A DNA stretch of 64,000 nucleotides from Candidatus Rifleibacteriota bacterium (GCA_015233565.1 JADFXM010000043.1:44-64043), one strand, 5' to 3'; positions 1-11,238 are shown, counted from the first letter of the stretch. The notes: generated from the letters alone by a model not told the origin. Made by a program: numbers and translations.

Positions 1-126
1 AAAGGGTAGAAGAAAATTTTTGGAAATTTTTTAAGATTGAAATTGATAGGACCTAATCATTTTGGTAATATTGCAAGAACCTCACGTGTTAAAATTGAAA
101 ACGCACATAAATTGTTGAGGTGAAAA

Positions 127-1041
127 ATGTTTAACAAATGGATTAAGGTCTCAAAATTTGCCTATTCTCCGAAAATGTCAATCCTTAGTTGGTTTAACCC
201 AAGCAAAAAGCTCTTTTCCGGTTTGTTTTTATTCCTTTTTTCCTTGACCGGTTTAGCTTATTCCGCCGATTCACTCAACATCCTGACATTCAATATCAGA
301 TTTTACATGGCTTCAGACGGCGAAAACGCGTGGCCCAATCGAAAGCAGATGGTCTTTGACCTGGTTCGATTTCACAAAGCTGATATTATCGGTTTTCAGG
401 AAGTATTACCTGATCAATGGACAGATTTGGAAGCTGAGTTTTCCGAATTCGACTTGTTCGGTTCAGGCCGTGATGATGGTCTTAGAAAGGGTGAAGCAAC
501 TGTTTTGGCGATTAAAAAGGAAAGGTTTTCCATTGTAAAGTCCGGACATTTCTTTCTTTCAGAAACACCTGAAAAAGTTTCCCCTGGATGGGACGCAGCT
601 TTTGCTCGTCCAACTTGTTGGGCTGTAGTACAAGACAAACTGACACAGAAAACCATTCTTTTAATTAATACTCATTTTGATCATGTGGGAACAACTGCAA
701 GAAAAAACAGTGGCAAGCAAATAGCTGATTTTATCAACCATGCAGACAAAAATGTGCAAGTAATTCTTACCGGTGATTTTAATACTACTTTACCTTCCGG
801 AGAGCTGGATGGATTAAAAAAATCAGCTGTAAAACCTGCTCAAGAATTGTTTACTGGAAGGAAATATGGTACAAAATGGTCATTTCAAGGTTTTGGATTA
901 GTGCAGGAAAAAGATCGTCAGTTGATTGATTATGTTTTTTTGTCACCTGATTGGAAAGTTGATCGTATGGGTGTGTTACCTGATAGCTGGAACGGAAAGT
1001 GGCCAAGTGATCATTGTCCGGTTTTAGTTGAAGTAAAATAA
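127..1041 (+). CDS. Endonuclease/exonuclease/phosphatase (EEP) family protein, probably secreted
   Basis: 304-aa ORF. It has EEP-fold motifs (LNILTFNIRF near the N-terminus, GFQEV, a C-terminal SDHCPV) and a hydrophobic signal-like segment (LFLFLFSLTGLAYSA). Confidence 0.8.
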   Translation: MFNKWIKVSKFAYSPKMSILSWFNPSKKLFSGLFLFLFSLTGLAYSADSLNILTFNIRFYMASDGENAWPNRKQMVFDLVRFHKADIIGFQEVLPDQWTDLEAEFSEFDLFGSGRDDGLRKGEATVLAIKKERFSIVKSGHFFLSETPEKVSPGWDAAFARPTCWAVVQDKLTQKTILLINTHFDHVGTTARKNSGKQIADFINHADKNVQVILTGDFNTTLPSGELDGLKKSAVKPAQELFTGRKYGTKWSFQGFGLVQEKDRQLIDYVFLSPDWKVDRMGVLPDSWNGKWPSDHCPVLVEVK

Positions 1042-1165
1042 TTTATTTTAGGGAATATAATTTTTTATATACTTTAACATTGGGAATTTCTAATTTCACC
1101 GGGAAGGGCTTCTACGGCTGTGTTTAAATTATAAAGCCGGTTTAAGAGGACAGAAATCCGAAATT

Positions 1166-1374
1166 CAGACATCCCCAATCTCGGGGATTAAAATTTGGTA
1201 CCATTTTTTCGATTGATGAATTGCCAACTTGCTTTGGAAGAAATCTTCTGATTTATTTTCATGTAAGTTGGTCTCAGGATAAAATCCAACCGAAAAGAAT
1301 TCCAAAATCAGAAAACTACCTTTTAAAGCCCTTTTCCGAGAAAATGCAAACTATCGATACCAGGAATTCCGAAA
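1166..1374. mobile_element. MITE-like ~209-bp dispersed element (family A), copy 1
   Basis: About 93% identical to 18728-18935. The element begins cagacatccc and ends ccaggaattcYgaaa. It sits in the intergenic region between the EEP gene and the kinase operon. The ORF 1221..1403 lies inside it and is probably an artefact. Confidence 0.6.
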
Positions 1375-1716
1375 TTAAAAAAGAAAACAGCGAAAAAGAG
1401 TAAAAATACTTGACTTATAAACCTGCACCAACGGAAGTGCAGAAAATTTGGAAAAAATAATTTTTCGCGAATTTTTCTTGAATTGTATGGTTAATTGCCA
1501 ATGTCAATATGGATTTACTCTTTATTGCTGAAAAGAAAATATCCCACTTGAATAAATTTATTTTAGGGTTTAGAATTTTACTAAGAAAAAAATTCGTTTA
1601 GAGGACAAGATTTTTTGAGGAGAATTTACCCTATCGCTCCTCCAATCCTGATTTTTTTTGGGATTCTTTCGGCAATTTAGAATTTCAGAATTTCTCGTCT
1701 TGCAAAGCGCGGTGGA

Positions 1717-3018
1717 GTGATGGGTTTTATTAAAGAATATGGAAAAAAAAATAGCATCATCATGATAGTTGACGATAATCCGGCTCATGTTCAATTATTG
1801 TCAGCTATTTTACAAGAGGAAGGGTATGAAATTTACCCTGTCCTCAACGGCAAAATAGCCTTAGAAACCGGACAACTTCATCCCCCTGACCTCATATTAC
1901 TGGACATAAACATGTCCGAAATGAATGGTTTTGAAGTTTGCAAGGCATTTAAATCCGATTTGCGTCTGGTTGAGATTCCCATAATTTTTATTTCTGCTGC
2001 AGTTGAAACTGCTGATAAATTAAAAGCTTTTCAAGAGGGTGGCGTGGATTATATAACAGAACCTTTTCAACCGCTGGAAGTCTTAGCCCGTGTAAAAACG
2101 CATCTTTCTTTGGCTAACGCAAAAACAGAATTGCGAGCAAATAACGAAGCGCTTGAAACAATCATGGAAAAACTGAATTTGGCGCAATCGCATCTTATTC
2201 AATCAGAGAAAATGTCCACATTAGGATTATTGACAGCTGGAATAGCACATGAACTAAACAATCCGCTAAACTTCATCAGCGGCAGTGTTCAGGGACTTCG
2301 AAAAACGGTTTCCCCTATAGAAAAATTAATTAAATTATGTGAATTTTTATTACATTCTCCGAATTTGGAAGGAAAAGAAAAACTTCAGGAATGGATTGAG
2401 AAAAATCAACCTGCTGATTTGCTTGAAACGATTAATGAGCTCGTAAAAAACGCTTGTTTTGGCGCCGAACGGGTGTCGGAAATCGTACAAGGGTTACGAA
2501 TCTTTTCCAGACTTGATGAAGCTGAAATAAAAAGAATCGACTTGCATGAAAATATCGATTCTGCTTTACTCCTATTGCGAAATCGGTACAAAGAAATAAT
2601 AAAAATAATTAAGAATTACGGACCTTTTACAACCTGGTTTTGCCAGCCAGGGAAGTTAAACCAAGTTTTCATGAACCTTTTTTCCAATTCCATAGATGCA
2701 ATTTTTAGTAAAAAAGAATTGACGCAGAATGAGAACATTACCATCACTACCAGGATTGAGGAACGAGATAGCTCTCCCTGGGCTATCATTGAAATTTCTG
2801 ACACCGGGATTGGTATGTCAGATAACGTAATAAAGCATCTTTTCCAGCCTTTTTTTACCACCAAAGATGTTGGAAAAGGCGTCGGATTGGGATTAGCAAT
2901 CGCCCATGGAATTATTCTGGATCACCGTGGGACCATAGAAGTAAAAAGCTCTTTAAATAAAGGAAGCTTTTTTCGAATTTTACTTCCCCATAGAGAGTTT
3001 AAGGGTGAGGGAGAATAA
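1717..3018 (+). CDS. Hybrid sensor histidine kinase (N-terminal receiver domain + HisKA + HATPase_c)
   Basis: REC motifs (IMIVDDNP, LILLDINMSEMNG), H-box HELNNPLNFISG, ATP-lid DTGIGM...GLGLAIAHGII. Confidence 0.85.
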   Translation: MMGFIKEYGKKNSIIMIVDDNPAHVQLLSAILQEEGYEIYPVLNGKIALETGQLHPPDLILLDINMSEMNGFEVCKAFKSDLRLVEIPIIFISAAVETADKLKAFQEGGVDYITEPFQPLEVLARVKTHLSLANAKTELRANNEALETIMEKLNLAQSHLIQSEKMSTLGLLTAGIAHELNNPLNFISGSVQGLRKTVSPIEKLIKLCEFLLHSPNLEGKEKLQEWIEKNQPADLLETINELVKNACFGAERVSEIVQGLRIFSRLDEAEIKRIDLHENIDSALLLLRNRYKEIIKIIKNYGPFTTWFCQPGKLNQVFMNLFSNSIDAIFSKKELTQNENITITTRIEERDSSPWAIIEISDTGIGMSDNVIKHLFQPFFTTKDVGKGVGLGLAIAHGIILDHRGTIEVKSSLNKGSFFRILLPHREFKGEGE

Positions 3019-3021
3019 TCA

Positions 3022-5319
3022 ATGAATATAGATCTTTCGGATAAGCCCAAAATCCTGTATATAGATGATGAACGTCCGAATTTGATTGCTTTTAGGGCCA
3101 TGTTAGGCGACACCTACGAAGTTCTCATCGCAACAAACACTGAAGAAGCATATAAAATGCTAAAAGCGCAAAAAATCCCGATCGTATTTTCTGACCAACG
3201 CATGCCAAGCGAAACAGGGGTACAATTCCTTGAGAAAGTCGCAAAGGAATTCCCAGATACAGTAAGGATGCTTTTAACCGGTTATTCCGACATTGATGCA
3301 GTAATTGAAGCGGTCAACCGGGCGCAGATTTTTTTTTACTTTAAAAAACCATGGAAGGAAACTGAAATTCGATTAGTACTTTCACACGCTTTGGATGCCA
3401 TTGAAATACGCCAAAAACTGCATGAAAGCGAAGAACGTTTTCGTCGCATTTTTCAAAACGCCGGGTTTGGGATCGCACATTTAAATCTCGAAGGAATCGT
3501 TTTACTGGCTAATTCTCAATTCCAAAATTTTTTGGGAGTAACAGAATCTGACCTTGTACAAAAACCCATCAGTATTTGGTTTGAACAAATTACTTCCCAT
3601 GAAATGAAGAAACTATTAAACCGAGAAAAAATTCTCCTTTCTTTCGAATCGAAAATCCAGACTTTTTGCTGTACTCGCTGGGGACGACTCACAGTGACAG
3701 TTTCTTTTAACGCAAATGGACATCCTGATTATTTAATAGCTTTGATCGATGATCTCACCGAAAAAAAGCTATATGAAGAAGCATTGTTTGCAGAAAAAGA
3801 GCGTCTACTGGTAACTCTACAAAGTATTGCAGACGGGGTAATAACTGCAGATGAGGGTGGAAATGTAATTCTTATTAACAAAGTCGCTCAGGAGATTACC
3901 GGTTGGATAGGTGAAGAATCAATGGGCCAACCGTTTAGAAAAGTATTTGCGGTTCAGGATGAGATCACGCATCAATCAATTGAAACGCTGGTTGAAGCCG
4001 TTTGGAAGACGGGAAAAGTAGTGGATCTTCCGGATAATTCAATTTTGATCAGACGAACAGATAATGTCCGATTTTATCTTACCGGAAACGGTGCTCCGAT
4101 TCTTACCAAATCGGGGGAAATTATCGGTTTTGTTTTTGCATTTATGGATGTTACAGAAAAACGAAAAATTGAACGGGCATTGCACAATGTTCAGAAAATT
4201 GAGTCCCTTGGAGTACTTGCCGGAGGGATTGCTCACGATTTTAATAATCTGCTTGGTACTATATATGGCAGCATAGAATTGGCGGAATTAAATTGCAAAT
4301 CCAATGACCTCCAGAAAACTGCTGTATATTTATCCCAATCCCTGTCAGTATTTTCACGCGCAAAAGATCTTGTACAACAACTGTTAACTTTTACCAAATT
4401 GGTAGAACCTTCCAAAAAAACTCTATCGCTTATTCCGATTATCAGACAATTTTCGCACCTTGTATTGGTTGGCTCCAATGTCAAGCTGCAATACCGTCTT
4501 CAAGAAGACCTTTGGCCGTGCGAAATTGATGAAAACCAGGTGTGTCAGGTTATTGACAACATCATTCTGAATTCCCGACAAGCGATGGGAAACACTGGCA
4601 CTATAACCATTTCCGCAGAAAATCTATCCGATACTCCATTGGTACCTTTATCGCTTCTCAAGGATAATTACATTCGAGTAACAATTAGTGACACAGGACC
4701 CGGAATACCAAGAGAGAATTTACCCAGGATTTTCGATCCTTTCTTTACTACCAAGAGAGCAGGTTCCGGACTAGGATTGGCGACATCCTTTTCAATTATG
4801 CGAAAACACAAGGGTTTAATAACAGCCGAATCCAAAGAAGGACAGGGCGCAAAATTTCAACTATATTTTCCCGCCTCACAGAGAGAATCTATAATTATTG
4901 ACGATTCTCATTACGAAAAAATTTCTTGCAGCGCAAAAGTCTTGGTTATGGATGATGACGAAAATATTAAAAATGTTTTAAGCGACTTGCTGAAAAATAT
5001 CGGTTGTACCGTTGAAGTTGCCTCAGAGGGAACTACAGCCATTACAAAGTTTAAGGAAAAACTGAACTCTCCTGACCGCTTTAATCTGGTTATTCTTGAT
5101 CTTGCGGTTTTGAACGGAACAGGAGGCAAAGAAACACTCCGGGAATTACGAAAATTAGATTCGTCTATTTTGGCAATAATCTCAAGCGGATATTCAGGTG
5201 AACCTGCAGTTTTGAATCCTTCGAATTTTGGTTTCTCCGCAAGTTTGATTAAGCCATTTCGAAAGCACGAACTTTATAGACTGATCGATTCTCTTTTAAA
5301 CAAGAATTCCTCAAAATAA
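3022..5319 (+). CDS. Hybrid sensor histidine kinase/response regulator (REC-PAS-PAS-HisKA-HATPase-REC)
   Basis: N-terminal REC (ILYIDDERPN), PAS-like repeats, H-box IAHDFNNLLGTIYG, G-boxes DTGPGIP / GSGLGLA, C-terminal REC (VLVMDDDENI ... LVILDLAV). There is a 3-bp gap to the upstream kinase, so the two are probably one operon. Confidence 0.85.
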   Translation: MNIDLSDKPKILYIDDERPNLIAFRAMLGDTYEVLIATNTEEAYKMLKAQKIPIVFSDQRMPSETGVQFLEKVAKEFPDTVRMLLTGYSDIDAVIEAVNRAQIFFYFKKPWKETEIRLVLSHALDAIEIRQKLHESEERFRRIFQNAGFGIAHLNLEGIVLLANSQFQNFLGVTESDLVQKPISIWFEQITSHEMKKLLNREKILLSFESKIQTFCCTRWGRLTVTVSFNANGHPDYLIALIDDLTEKKLYEEALFAEKERLLVTLQSIADGVITADEGGNVILINKVAQEITGWIGEESMGQPFRKVFAVQDEITHQSIETLVEAVWKTGKVVDLPDNSILIRRTDNVRFYLTGNGAPILTKSGEIIGFVFAFMDVTEKRKIERALHNVQKIESLGVLAGGIAHDFNNLLGTIYGSIELAELNCKSNDLQKTAVYLSQSLSVFSRAKDLVQQLLTFTKLVEPSKKTLSLIPIIRQFSHLVLVGSNVKLQYRLQEDLWPCEIDENQVCQVIDNIILNSRQAMGNTGTITISAENLSDTPLVPLSLLKDNYIRVTISDTGPGIPRENLPRIFDPFFTTKRAGSGLGLATSFSIMRKHKGLITAESKEGQGAKFQLYFPASQRESIIIDDSHYEKISCSAKVLVMDDDENIKNVLSDLLKNIGCTVEVASEGTTAITKFKEKLNSPDRFNLVILDLAVLNGTGGKETLRELRKLDSSILAIISSGYSGEPAVLNPSNFGFSASLIKPFRKHELYRLIDSLLNKNSSK

Positions 5320-5601
5320 ACACTATTGATGCTCAATCAACAATCGATTTAAGCTGAATGTCAATGTTCACAATGTTTTGGTACTACTGTTTGAGCTCTT
5401 ATCAAATTGAAGCGCCGACATTTTCGGTGGGGTTAACGAGTTTGTCGAAAAATCCTCTGAAATTCACTTTTTTGTGTACCCATCCATTTTTTCGCTCCCC
5501 CTTCTGGCATCAACAACGAGCCGTTTTGTACCGAATAAAATGTACCGAGATTTTTCGGCTGTTTGACGACAACTATTTTTTACCATTGACGACAATTATT
5601 T

Positions 5602-6501
5602 TTACCGATTTTCCGTGTTTTTGATTTTTCCTAAAAATTTCATACATTTTTCCTCCAAAAATTGATCATTCAGAAAGTCCATAAAAGTTTCTACAGCTGT
5701 AAAAGAATTCCGGGCAGGGTTCCGAATCATGATTATCGACATTTGAAAATCATGAAAAGTCTGAAGAACTCGCAAATTGGGGCCTAGCACAAACTTTGGA
5801 AGGACAGCAAGAGCTAACCCTTTCTCTACTAGAATCTTAAGTAACGCCACCTGATTTACCGGATTCAAAATTTTTATTTTAGGAAATTTTATAAATAGAT
5901 CCGTTTTGGCCTTAAGGGAATCCAATTGCCAGTCTCCAAGAACAAAAAGAGGGAGTTCTTCCATTAGCGATTCAATTTTTTCTTTTCTTTTAACAGGACA
6001 TACTAGGACATTTGGATAAGAAGCTAAAAATTTCTCCTCAAGCTTCTTTGATACCGGACTTCTGGAAACCAATCCAAAATGAGTTTCATTTTCCAATACG
6101 GAAGTCTCAATATCTTTGGTTTCTTTTAGTGAAAACCGAAATTGCACATTGGGAAATTCTCTTGCAAACTTCGAAATCATCTCCGGAAGCAAAAAAAGAA
6201 GGATGCTTTCCAGAATTGCCGGTCGGATTATTCCTTTTAAGCCGGATGAAATCTTAGAAAGGTCATCTCTTGCATCCTCAATAAGGTGAAAAATTCTTTC
6301 ACAATGTATTCGTAGTCTCTCTCCCTCATGAGTCAGAGATATCTTTCTCCCACGTGCGAATAAACAACATTTTAACGAAAATTCAAGATTTTTGATTGCC
6401 TGGCTAAGCGCCGACTGAGTAATGAAAAGGTCTTCCGCAGCCTTGGAAAAGGTACCGGCTTTTGTAATTGCGTAAAAATAATGAAGAAGACGAATTTCCA
6501 T
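5602..6501 (-). CDS. LysR-family transcriptional regulator
   Basis: N-terminal wHTH signature MEIRLLHYFYAITKAGTFSKAAEDLFITQSALSQAIKNLE. About 300 aa. Divergent from the downstream nuclease gene. Confidence 0.85.
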   Translation of the reverse strand: MEIRLLHYFYAITKAGTFSKAAEDLFITQSALSQAIKNLEFSLKCCLFARGRKISLTHEGERLRIHCERIFHLIEDARDDLSKISSGLKGIIRPAILESILLFLLPEMISKFAREFPNVQFRFSLKETKDIETSVLENETHFGLVSRSPVSKKLEEKFLASYPNVLVCPVKRKEKIESLMEELPLFVLGDWQLDSLKAKTDLFIKFPKIKILNPVNQVALLKILVEKGLALAVLPKFVLGPNLRVLQTFHDFQMSIIMIRNPARNSFTAVETFMDFLNDQFLEEKCMKFLGKIKNTENR

Positions 6502-6593
6502 AAGTAATACTTATATTTACCATAATTATTATCAATTTTACAACTACATCTTTTCGCTTTATTATTGAAATAACGAACTGGAAATTCCAAAAA

Positions 6594-7481
6594 ATGAGGA
6601 AAGTTATGAAAATAATGAATCGAAGTTTGCTTAGATCTTTTTTCACCGCCATCGCTTGTGTTATTATCTCCGCCTCTTTATCAACTCCACTTTTTGCCTG
6701 GGGAGGTTTGGGACATAAATTGGTCGCTCGCCTTGCCTTTGAACAAATGACCCCAAAAGCACGGTCCGAAGCCACCAAAATACTCAAAGGTGCCTCTTTA
6801 GAATCTGTTTCGACATGGGCAGACCTGATTAAACGCGATAGGCCTGAAACCGCTTCATTTCATTTCGTCAACTTCATTTCCCAAAACCCTTCTCTTTCGG
6901 ACAACCAAGATGTCACAAATTCTAAAAATGTTGTCAGTGGGATTTACCTGAACAAATCAATTCTTCAAAATGAATCTGCTTCACTGGATGAAAAAAAGGA
7001 AGCCTTGTGTTTCCTGATTCATTTTGTGGGTGATATACATCAACCGCTTCATTGCGCTCCCGACGGCAACTCTGGAGGGAATGACATAAAAGTAAAGTTT
7101 TTTAACGACGAAACCAATCTTCATAAAGTATGGGATTCTGAGCTAATCAAAGCAACCAACGTTTCAGAGGATGATTATTTTCAGGCGTTGAAAAATGACA
7201 CTAAAAATTTTGATCAAAGCAAACTTTCCGGTGAAAATTGCATGGGCTGGGCCATTGAATCGAACAAAATTGCGGTGATGAATGCTTACTCAATTCCATC
7301 CGACAATGTTCTCGAAGAAAGATATTACGAACAAAATATCAAAATCGTTAATCGTCAACTTGTAATAGCCGGAATCCGCCTGGCACAAATGTTGAATCAA
7401 ATCTTCGAAATTTATAAAGACCATGGTACAGATTGCGTAAGTTTACCAGTCATGAATCAGTGCCTCAGTTCTGTTGAATAA
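6594..7481 (+). CDS. S1/P1-type zinc nuclease, secreted
   Basis: Signal peptide; conserved WGxxGH (AWGGLGHKLVA) and HFVGDIHQPLH motifs of the S1/P1 nuclease family. Confidence 0.85.
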   Translation: MRKVMKIMNRSLLRSFFTAIACVIISASLSTPLFAWGGLGHKLVARLAFEQMTPKARSEATKILKGASLESVSTWADLIKRDRPETASFHFVNFISQNPSLSDNQDVTNSKNVVSGIYLNKSILQNESASLDEKKEALCFLIHFVGDIHQPLHCAPDGNSGGNDIKVKFFNDETNLHKVWDSELIKATNVSEDDYFQALKNDTKNFDQSKLSGENCMGWAIESNKIAVMNAYSIPSDNVLEERYYEQNIKIVNRQLVIAGIRLAQMLNQIFEIYKDHGTDCVSLPVMNQCLSSVE

Positions 7482-7771
7482 TAAACACATTCAGAATTCC
7501 AATTCCCGAGGGTATAGTCTTGAGACCATTTTCCCAAAACCTAAAAACGTGAACTCGTATGGATGAGATTTCTGCCTTAACTTTTGGATTATTTGGTCTC
7601 AAAACAAAATTCGGGTTGAAAACTTTTTAATCTCTACGGAATCGGCTTTTGAAGCTGAGCAATCGAAGAAAATGAAGTTTACGACAACAGGAATTCTGAC
7701 ATTACGGAAACACGACTCGATTTAACCGTTTTATCGACAATATTGCACATGAGATCTGAAATTATTACAAA

Positions 7772-9376
7772 CTAACTGTGTGAGGAGGAGCCTTGCCGAT
7801 ACCTCTCAATAAAAGTGGGTGGCTGATGCATAACCTTTCCAAGTCGCCATTTTCTTCTCTCTAAATGGGCCGCAAAAAGAACAATTATTGATAACCATGA
7901 CTCAAGAAGTGTTGGGCTTCCAAAATTTTTTCGGAATCTCTCCTCAACACTTCGGGCTTTTTTCTTGATCTCGTCATTCGGTGAAAATTTGATAAAAGCA
8001 CGTAGTAGTGGCCTCATTTCCTTGGTCAGTCTGATCAAATCCAAGTGTCTATTGTACAAGAATTGATCGTTAACATTCAATGGTCCCGTTTCGACTCCTG
8101 AAATTCGTGATTCAGCGATTCGTAAAAAACTTGGGCCGAGCGTGAGATACTCTTTTTCGAAAGCCGAATCCAGAATTTGCTTGGTTTCATTTCTCGAAAA
8201 AACATTATGCTTAAACCAAATTTTGTCTTGCCCATGCCAATCCATTAAGGTAATTTCATACAATATTTTTTCTTCATTGTGTAATTTTTTAAAAAGTGTG
8301 GTTCCAGGTAGAGGACATAATTCCATGAATTGGATCAAATCTGGTTTCAGTCCTATGACATGGTCGATATCTTCCTGCAGGGATTTCCGATCATGCTTCT
8401 CGAGAAAAAGAATGGCTGAAGCGAGAACTGAGATTCCGTGGCTTTGTAAATTGCCAATTAATTTTTTTAAATCAATTCCCTTGGTTTTCGAATAGATTGG
8501 AATTTTGCTCTCTACTCCAATCCAGATGAAATAAATTCCCAAACCAATCAGAACTTCCAATGGATATCGAGCAACCGCATCCGGAGATGAAAATATGTCC
8601 AGCTTGAAATGCCTGTTATGGCTTCGCATCAGCTCCAAAAGGCGAGATGTCTTTTTTTCATCGGAAAGAAAATTTTCGTCAAAGACAAAAAACTCATCTG
8701 TTTTAAGTTTATCGGAAATATTACACATGGTCTGGAAAATTTCATCAGCACTTTGGAAATAAGAGGAATATCCTTCGAAAAAATGACTTGTACAACAGAA
8801 GTCGCAGCGATTTGAACATCCAACTCCTATTACTAATAAAGCTTTCGGGTTTGGAGAAGGGACACCCAAAATTCTTCTGTAACAGTCAACGGTCATCACT
8901 GGATGAACGATAGGAGAAAATTCCGGCTCGCCAAAATATCTTCTAAGCCATCTGATACCTTCGCCACGGCAAACTGCATCGCAGGGAATAAGTTCCTCAA
9001 TATTTGAAATAGCTACTCCGTGACCACCCAATATGATTTTTGTACCGGGTGATTCTTTTCTGACAAGCATAGCCATGTATTTAGCTTTTTCGAAATTAGG
9101 AACGATGAAAGAAATTCCAACATGGGAATATTTACCGTTTTTCAATTCCTTCAGGAAGTCTTCGAGTCTGGGAAAATCAAGCACTGTCGCAGGTATTTTC
9201 AAATTCTCAGCCAAAAACTTCAATGCAAAGCTTCTTTGATTTGAGCGAAGTGAAAAAATTCCCTGACCGCGCGTAACCTGGTTCTGCATAAGTTCACAGA
9301 CGTTTTCTTTTCGGCCAAACTCGTCATCAACCCCAAATGGTTTAAAAACCGATGTCAATAATAATTTATTGTCCAT
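7772..9376 (-). CDS. B12-binding domain radical SAM protein (class B rSAM, BchE-like superfamily), paralog 1
   Basis: The N-terminal cobalamin-binding-like region is followed by a CxxxCxxC cluster (GCSNRCDFCCT). It is about 55% identical to the adjacent ORF 9546..11120. Confidence 0.8.
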   Translation of the reverse strand: MDNKLLLTSVFKPFGVDDEFGRKENVCELMQNQVTRGQGIFSLRSNQRSFALKFLAENLKIPATVLDFPRLEDFLKELKNGKYSHVGISFIVPNFEKAKYMAMLVRKESPGTKIILGGHGVAISNIEELIPCDAVCRGEGIRWLRRYFGEPEFSPIVHPVMTVDCYRRILGVPSPNPKALLVIGVGCSNRCDFCCTSHFFEGYSSYFQSADEIFQTMCNISDKLKTDEFFVFDENFLSDEKKTSRLLELMRSHNRHFKLDIFSSPDAVARYPLEVLIGLGIYFIWIGVESKIPIYSKTKGIDLKKLIGNLQSHGISVLASAILFLEKHDRKSLQEDIDHVIGLKPDLIQFMELCPLPGTTLFKKLHNEEKILYEITLMDWHGQDKIWFKHNVFSRNETKQILDSAFEKEYLTLGPSFLRIAESRISGVETGPLNVNDQFLYNRHLDLIRLTKEMRPLLRAFIKFSPNDEIKKKARSVEERFRKNFGSPTLLESWLSIIVLFAAHLERRKWRLGKVMHQPPTFIERYRQGSSSHS

Positions 9377-9545
9377 TATTTTCCCTTACCAATTCCATTT
9401 TGGAAATACTGCAGAGTCTCACACATTTTTGGCAATTCACTTTCGGGGGACATTTCACATCCTCAAGCAAATTTTCCTAAAACCCACACGCCTAAATCTA
9501 ACGAAAGAAGAACAGATCATCGCAAAAGCCAACTCAAACTCAGGG

Positions 9546-11120
9546 TCATTGCCGGTATCGATCAATGAAGGTTGGAGGTTGCCTGGCTGGAAGACCTCGT
9601 CGCACACGACCTTCTTCGATCCGGGCAAAACCCTGAACGGCAATTGTAGCCAACACATCTGAAAATTTCATTGGTCCGAATTCCTTTCGATAATCTTCGC
9701 GAAGTGCCCGAGCTTTTGCGGCAATAGATGGGTTCGGTGCAAATTTTTCAAAAGCGTATAACATTGGACGCATTTCTTCGGCATAAAATCGACATTGCTT
9801 CATTCTAGTAGCCAGGGAAGGATCGTTCAGCGCCTTTAAGGTCTTATACCCTTCCAGTTTTGTCCTGGAATAACGAAAAAGACTGGGACCGAGAGTTTGG
9901 TAATCTTTCTGGAAGGCGGACAGAGTAATTTGCTTTGATTCATCAGGAGAAAAAACGGGATGACGGAACCAAATCCGATTCTGCCCGTGCCATTCCAGCA
10001 TGGGAATCTCATTTAAGATTCGACCCTGTTTTGTCAGCTGGTGAAAAAGTATAGTCCCAGGTGCCGGACAAAGCGCTGTAAACTGCGTAAAATCCGGTTC
10101 CAGAGAAATTGTATAATCGATGTCCTCCGGGAGATTTTGGCGATTGTGATGATCGAAGAAAAGGATACTCGAAGCTAATATTGATATTCCATGCCGCCTG
10201 ACTTCTGCAAACAATTGCTTGGCATCAACTCCTTCATTCTTCTTGAAAATCGGAGCCTTTGTCTCAATCCCAACCCAGATAAAATTGGTCCCAAGCCTGA
10301 CCAGGTCTGTAGCTGAAAACCGACTTAAAGCCCGAAGCGACGAAAACATATCAAAACAAAAAAATCGACCGCTTTTCTCCATCAACTCAATCAATTCTCT
10401 CGCCCTGGATTCATCTTCAAGGAAATTTTCATCAAGAAGCCAGAAATCGTTAACACCAAGGGTGTCGGAAACCCTAACCAATGTGTCAAAAAGCTCTTTT
10501 GCGCCTTTCAAATAGCTTTTGTATCCCTGGAAATACTGACTTGTACTACAAAAATTGCAGTGGCTTGCACAACCCACGCCCGGGACTACAACTGCTTTTT
10601 TTGTAAACATCTCGATTCCCATAATTTTTCGCCATACTTCTATTGGAATTGCCGGATGATAAATTGGAGCAGCTGCATCCTCGCCCATTTTCATTCGAAG
10701 CCAGGAGATACCCTCCATTCGGCAGGCCTCATCACAAGGGACAATTTTTTCGATTTCTGAAATCTGAGCACCATGCCCACCAATAAAAATTTTTATCTCT
10801 GGATGCTTATTTCGAATGAACTTGGCCATTACTTCAGCCTTTGAAATAGCCGGAACAATAAAAGAAATTCCGACATGAGTATAGCCCTTCGAAACCTCAT
10901 TTTTGAATTCATCGAAAGTAGGGAAATCCAATACAGTAGTTGGGACTTTGAGATTCTCCGCAAGTAAAGTCAGGCCATAGCTGCGATTATGAGTATGGAT
11001 TGAAAAGATTCCCTGTGAACGTGTAATTGAACTATGCATTTGTTCAAAAGGATTATCTTTTCTATTAAATTCATCATCTACCCCAAATGGCCTGAAAACA
11101 GAGGTCAAAAGAAGTTTCAT
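9546..11120 (-). CDS. B12-binding domain radical SAM protein, paralog 2
   Basis: Motif GCASHCNFCST. The N-terminal region (LLTSVFRPFGVDDEF...) is collinear with paralog 1. Confidence 0.8.
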   Translation of the reverse strand: MKLLLTSVFRPFGVDDEFNRKDNPFEQMHSSITRSQGIFSIHTHNRSYGLTLLAENLKVPTTVLDFPTFDEFKNEVSKGYTHVGISFIVPAISKAEVMAKFIRNKHPEIKIFIGGHGAQISEIEKIVPCDEACRMEGISWLRMKMGEDAAAPIYHPAIPIEVWRKIMGIEMFTKKAVVVPGVGCASHCNFCSTSQYFQGYKSYLKGAKELFDTLVRVSDTLGVNDFWLLDENFLEDESRARELIELMEKSGRFFCFDMFSSLRALSRFSATDLVRLGTNFIWVGIETKAPIFKKNEGVDAKQLFAEVRRHGISILASSILFFDHHNRQNLPEDIDYTISLEPDFTQFTALCPAPGTILFHQLTKQGRILNEIPMLEWHGQNRIWFRHPVFSPDESKQITLSAFQKDYQTLGPSLFRYSRTKLEGYKTLKALNDPSLATRMKQCRFYAEEMRPMLYAFEKFAPNPSIAAKARALREDYRKEFGPMKFSDVLATIAVQGFARIEEGRVRRGLPARQPPTFIDRYRQ

Positions 11121-11238
11121 ATTTTGACTTCCTTAATTGAAGCTACCTTTAATTTTTTTTAACTAATCGGACGCACCACGCAAGTCCAAATGCTTTGAAC
11201 AAAAGCATGGTACACTGATTTCAAATAATGAATCAAAT

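Noticed and set aside
1221-1403. 60-aa ORF, and its relative 18671..19123, that share the peptide FSIDELPTCFGRNLLIYFHVSWSQDKIQPK
   Set aside because: The peptide identity reflects the repeated ~208-bp DNA element. The reading frames are not maintained outside the repeat, so they are probably not genes.
5563-5606. Tandem 22-bp direct repeat ttgacgacaaYtatttttacc x2, considered as a CRISPR-like array
   Set aside because: Only two adjacent copies and no spacers. More likely a small duplication at a gene end.
5358-5624. 88-aa ORF between the kinase operon and LysR
   Set aside because: It lies in a convergent-terminator region with no RBS and low-complexity composition.
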